Source: a virus
Lineage: Duplodnaviria > Caudoviricetes
Length of the DNA: 30,068 bases
IMG/VR virus record: IMGVR_UViG_3300030372_002232
Span: 1-30,068 of that record
Reading direction: 5' to 3' (one strand)
Shown: one piece after another, positions 26,820 through 30,068 of the stretch
Layout of the letters: every line of letters starts with the position of its first letter
How positions within the stretch are numbered: the stretch's first letter is position 1
Notes under the pieces: generated by a model
What the model was told of the DNA's origin: nothing
Seen by the model: only the letters and a program-made list of their open reading frames with translations
The model's database searches: none
Program-made: the position numbers and the translations under genes

Positions 26820-28551
26820 TCAATATACGAATGAGTAAGCAACGGTAATGAAGTCCTTATTAAGAATTTCAAAACCAGCAAAGAGACTCCAAATCATAAT
26901 GATGAATCTTGAGAAATCATCATTGTTATTAAGAAGAATCTGTGCGTTGTTACCACCAATACCTACGCCAACTGCCTGTGGTCCGAAGAACAACATTGGA
27001 GCAATTGTGTAGTTAGCTGCACCAGCATTTGCTGTGTCAACTGCAATATTTGCATTGATAGTTTTCTCAGGCAAGTTGGTTGATTCGAACCATCTTACGC
27101 CCTCGAACAAAAATCCCGTCGGCATGACAGGCTGTCCGGCAACGAAGCCAGCTTGTCCATAAGCTGGACCCATTCCTTGGAAGAAGTTAGCGTTAGGTGC
27201 CTCGGATGGATTCATGGGGTTAACCATTCCATTCCCAGCGTACCGAGCTATTTCACGGAAAGCATCATTTTGCAGTAGCCGTTCATATCTCTTGATATGA
27301 CTGGCTTTTTGTTACCCCGAAAGCTCTTTATCTCTCGGTTCAATACCTTTTCAATCGGTATTGCTCAGACTATATCATCACAGCTTTGTTTCTTTTGGAA
27401 ACTAGTTCTGCGGAGGGGACTCGTGGAGATTTTACTCAGTTACCTGTCGATCTCTAGTCGTTGAACCTTCCAACTTGTAGGTTGGCTTGGCTGCTGATCA
27501 CCCAGTTATAGGGGGCTTCCAGCAATTCACCCTCTTCTCTCTTATTAATTACTTAATAAGGGCGCAAATGATGTGCTTCGTGCAAATTTTCTAATGTTGT
27601 TTGCACTAACTACCTTTAGTAGGCAGTAAGACTCATTATGTCTACGCAAGTGCATCATTGCCGTCGGATCGGCTATACACCTGTAGTATCCGTCAGAGAA
27701 CGTCGGTACGTTTCTCTTACGCATATCCTTGACGACCTGTAAAAGGTCTGTCTTTACGTCGAACTTAGCAGATATGTTTGCACCGTATGTAAAGACTGGG
27801 TTACCTGCTGCTTTTGCAGCTCCACCTGGGAAGTAGTAACCACCTTCACTTGAAGATGCTAAACCGTTTGCTTCTGCCTTGAATAGTTCGTCAGCAAAGA
27901 CTCTATCTCTCCAACGTCTGTAGTCATCAAGAAGGGTTAATGAACCTATTGACTGATGGAATACGTTGAGGTTACCAGTGTCTAAAAGTAGACGCTGTGC
28001 TGTTAAGAGAGTCTCACGAGCAACCTTGAATGTTGAAGGAGTAGTTGGAGCTGCTGGATCAGCAGGACCGGTGTACTCTTTTAGGTTGACGAGGACTTTG
28101 TCCTTAACAATGTTTCTGCTAGATGCTGTGCCAAGTGTTTGATCAGCAGTACGCTCTCTGGAATCCTTATTACCTGGATTACCCCAGAAGCGATATCTGT
28201 CTAATTGAACAGTTTGACCAGGTTGCTTACTGAAATCGTGAACAACCACAGGCTCTACAGCCATCTCGATGATATAACCGGGATGAGGTCTATAAAGCTC
28301 TGCACCTAACAGTTTTGGAACGTGAATACCCCTACTTTCATAGGGCACCGACTATATCATCACTTTTTACAGTGCCGGACGCTCGTGCCTGTAATTAAGA
28401 GAACTGTATCTCTCAGGTAGTCTGTGAACCTTCCAGAGATGTATCTCTGGCTTGGCTGCTGATTGCCTTATCTCGCGACTTAGGTTTCCAGCAATTCATC
28501 CGGTTTTAAATGATCCTAGAGTCTTACGACTGAATCATTATCAATCCACAT
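26820..28551 (-). CDS. Major capsid protein, 382 aa after splicing; exons 28551-28533, 28320-27644, 27272-26820
   Basis: Removing both introns at U|...G| junctions gives MWIDND-F-PKLLGAELYRPHP... and ...AMMHLR-QNDAFREIARYAGNGMVNPM... in one frame (19+677+453 nt). Motifs PGQTVQLDRY, YRCIADP, GFLFEGVRWFES and FFGPQAVG fit HK97-fold capsids (N4-gp56-like). Confidence 0.88.
27273..27643 (-). ncRNA. Group I intron 2 (371 nt, IA-like, no internal nuclease ORF)
   Basis: P AATTGCTGGAA, Q GATCAGCAG, R GTTCAACGACTA, S ATGATATAGTCT. P2 CTTATTAA-GTAA-TTAATAAG; P1 GCGT/GCGC with U-G; P7.1 insertion; three P9 hairpins; ends in G; splicing restores the frame. Confidence 0.93.
28321..28532 (-). ncRNA. Group I intron 1 (212 nt, IA-like, no internal ORF)
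   Basis: P AATTGCTGGAAA, Q AATCAGCAG, R GTTCACAGACTA, S ATGATATAGTCG. P1 AATGATT/GATCATT with U-G at the splice site; P3 CCGGAT/GTCCGG; P9 CCCTAT-GAAA-GTAGGG; terminal G. Confidence 0.93.
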
Positions 28552-28640
28552 TGGGATTTATAACTCCGAAACTTATAGGGAACAAATACACACCTATAGT
28601 GTGTTGCTTATATCATAAATACATCTCATAGGGTAAAAAT

Positions 28641-29348
28641 TTGGAGCCCACAGATGTTCGTGGAATCTTGGGATTGTTGATAGCAGACGGTAGCCTTGTC
28701 CCATATCGCACTCCCAGCGGGGGATATGTGCAGTTAACGATGACGGCAGGTGAATCTGACTCCGCATTCCTTGAAGAAAAAGTTGAAGAATTTAAGCAAT
28801 TTATTTTCACTAGGGCCAAAATTGTTCCCTATAAGACCAGACAACGTAGTGATGGTAAAAGAAGTACTGTTTTACGTTTTAGAGTCTCAACTAACAAATT
28901 GCGTCCTGTATACAATCTTCTCTACCCCATCGGAGAGAGACAGATAACACAAACCACACTTAATTTGCTTGGAGCACAAGCAGCTGCATGGCTCTGGGCG
29001 GAAAGTGTAAAAATCCACAAAAAAGGAACTGCTTTGCTTAGCAGGGTTGGATGTACTCAAGAAGAAGCGCAAATGATCTCCAGTTGGCTACAAATGTTGA
29101 CTGGCGCAACGTCAAAACTAGATGAAACATACACGAGACCCAGAATCCTTTTTGATAAAGAGCAAACGTTGAAGATCCAAGAAGGTCTTATTGATTACGC
29201 ACCTAAAAGCAGAAAACATTTATTTCTTCAGGAGGATTGGAATGTCAGCTCAATTCGTAGCGCACGCACTGAGCTACATCTTGGGAAAGGGGAGCATCAG
29301 TCTGAAAGGACCGAAGAAGCGACCTTGGCTGGAAATTGCAAGATCTGA
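28641..29348 (+). CDS. Free-standing LAGLIDADG-family protein 1 (LAGLIDADG_2-like)
   Basis: Motif 1 ILGLLIADGSL; linker YNLLYP.GERQI; degenerate motif 2 AAAWLWAES. Confidence 0.8.
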   Translation: MEPTDVRGILGLLIADGSLVPYRTPSGGYVQLTMTAGESDSAFLEEKVEEFKQFIFTRAKIVPYKTRQRSDGKRSTVLRFRVSTNKLRPVYNLLYPIGERQITQTTLNLLGAQAAAWLWAESVKIHKKGTALLSRVGCTQEEAQMISSWLQMLTGATSKLDETYTRPRILFDKEQTLKIQEGLIDYAPKSRKHLFLQEDWNVSSIRSARTELHLGKGEHQSERTEEATLAGNCKI

Positions 29349-29832
29349 AATAGATCGTAGATATTTATCCCACCAGCTAAGGCTTTTAAAGGAACACCAT
29401 GACGGAGCCTTTGAGTTCTATCGAGACCGTATTGCCACGGATGGTTTCTACGACAAGGAAAGGTTTCGCTTTCAAGGCGATAATTTATGGAGAGTATATG
29501 AGTTGATTTATCCGAAAGATAAGAAGCGTTTATCTAGAGAAGTGCTAAATATTGCTGGACTTAAAGGAGCTGCTGCTTTATGGATAGACCAGGGAAGAGT
29601 AATTGGAAAGCAAGGCTCTATCAGAGGAAGATACAGCGAACATGACTACGGAGAATTGGAATCATGGTTCAATGATCTTGGAATACCAACAAAGATCCTT
29701 AGAAATCAAATCAGTATTATTCACTTGAGCTTCAAGAAAGATTCATTAAATGAATTAAGACAACTGATCAGACCCCTCGTACACATCAATATGAGAAAAA
29801 CATTGCAGCAACGTATCTCAAATTTCAGGTAG
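29242..29832 (+). CDS. Free-standing LAGLIDADG-family protein 2 (degenerate)
   Basis: ATG 29242 preceded by AGGAGG (29230-29235); motif 1 ALSYILGKGSI; linker YELIYPKDKKRL; motif 2 AAALWIDQG. Confidence 0.75.
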   Translation: MSAQFVAHALSYILGKGSISLKGPKKRPWLEIARSEIDRRYLSHQLRLLKEHHDGAFEFYRDRIATDGFYDKERFRFQGDNLWRVYELIYPKDKKRLSREVLNIAGLKGAAALWIDQGRVIGKQGSIRGRYSEHDYGELESWFNDLGIPTKILRNQISIIHLSFKKDSLNELRQLIRPLVHINMRKTLQQRISNFR

Positions 29833-29838
29833 ATTAAA

Positions 29839-29958
29839 CCTGCCCCGAAGCAGAACTACGGCAGGGGTATTTGAGATAGTCAGGAGTCTTAATTTTTGTA
29901 GTTTCTTAAGACTTTAAATTGACCCGTCTGCGTTTTGCTAGCGTGGACGGCTCCTGAC
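29839..29958 (+). ncRNA. Candidate structured RNA (hairpin plus three-way junction)
   Basis: CCTGCC/GGCAGG hairpin; GTCAGGAG/CTCCTGAC enclosing TCTTAA/TTAAGA and CCGTCTGCG/CGTGGACGG. G-U pairs favour the + strand. Confidence 0.55.
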
Positions 29959-29997
29959 ATGTTGGATTCATTAAAATACGACTATACAAGGGTTTTC

Positions 29998-30068
29998 ATG
30001 TCTATGAACGACTCTCTTGAACCCGACGACCTCCACTCATCCAACATCTCTCGATCTAGGAGACTCTA
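29998..30068 (+). CDS. Start of a hypothetical protein (partial)
   Basis: ATG 29998 (MSMNDSLEPDDLHSS...) open to the window end; TAAAAT at 29972-29977. Confidence 0.4.
   Translation, partial: MSMNDSLEPDDLHSSNISRSRRL

Larger units (their letters stand above)
1..30068. mobile_element. Segment of a temperate cyanophage genome (excised/attP configuration)
   Basis: Major capsid, several tail fibres, tyrosine integrase next to a tRNA 3'-half, Xis-like, HNH and LAGLIDADG genes. No host housekeeping genes; phage-type genes on both sides of the att core. Confidence 0.88.

Noticed and set aside
26820-27227. 135-aa ORF as a separate gene, or capsid as a pseudogene/frameshift
   Set aside because: The frame extends 15 codons upstream to the intron 2 terminal G and joins exon 2 precisely; the inserts have intact ribozyme cores.
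27545-28348. ORF-track protein starting MPYESRGIHV as a stand-alone gene
   Set aside because: Its first 9 codons lie in intron 1 (P9 region) and its last 32 codons in intron 2; it is exon 2 of the capsid gene.
483-29072. Short antisense or alternate-frame ORFs (e.g. 483-719, 2003-2239, 4042-4314, 4413-4721, 5003-5335, 8831-9103, 10259-10606, 12428-12682, 16512-16958, 24737-25099, 26444-26701, 28613-28819, 28887-29072)
   Set aside because: They are shadows of better-supported overlapping genes and show no recognisable motifs.
28641-29832. Inteins or intron-encoded ORFs
   Set aside because: No intein terminal motifs or host exteins, and no P/Q/R/S elements seen around these ORFs; the second has its own RBS.

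Overview
AT-rich (roughly 38-40% GC by eye), gene-dense segment of a probable temperate marine cyanophage; the cyanobacterial-type integrase and small host-like genes point to a Prochlorococcus/Synechococcus host. From left to right it holds an HNH gene overlapping an NblA-like gene, a cassette of membrane/secreted proteins, a Xis-like gene, a DUF2997 gene, and a tyrosine integrase. Next is an attP region made of the 3' half of tRNA-fMet, GAGTAGA arm repeats and a terminator. A long minus-strand virion module follows, with three paralogous tail-fibre genes, a LamG fibre, and DUF4214, SWIM-like and HhH proteins. The main discovery is that the major capsid gene, shown by the ORF track as two fragments, is one 382-aa gene, join(complement 28551-28533, 28320-27644, 27272-26820). 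It is split by two ORF-less group I introns of 212 and 371 nt, and its first exon is only 19 nt. Immediately upstream and divergent lie two free-standing LAGLIDADG-like genes with degenerate catalytic residues, followed by an unannotated, highly structured ~120-nt RNA-like element with loop-loop complementarity. Together these suggest a splicing-gated capsid locus with possible trans-acting maturases or regulators (inference). All family assignments are motif recognition by eye; no searches were run.
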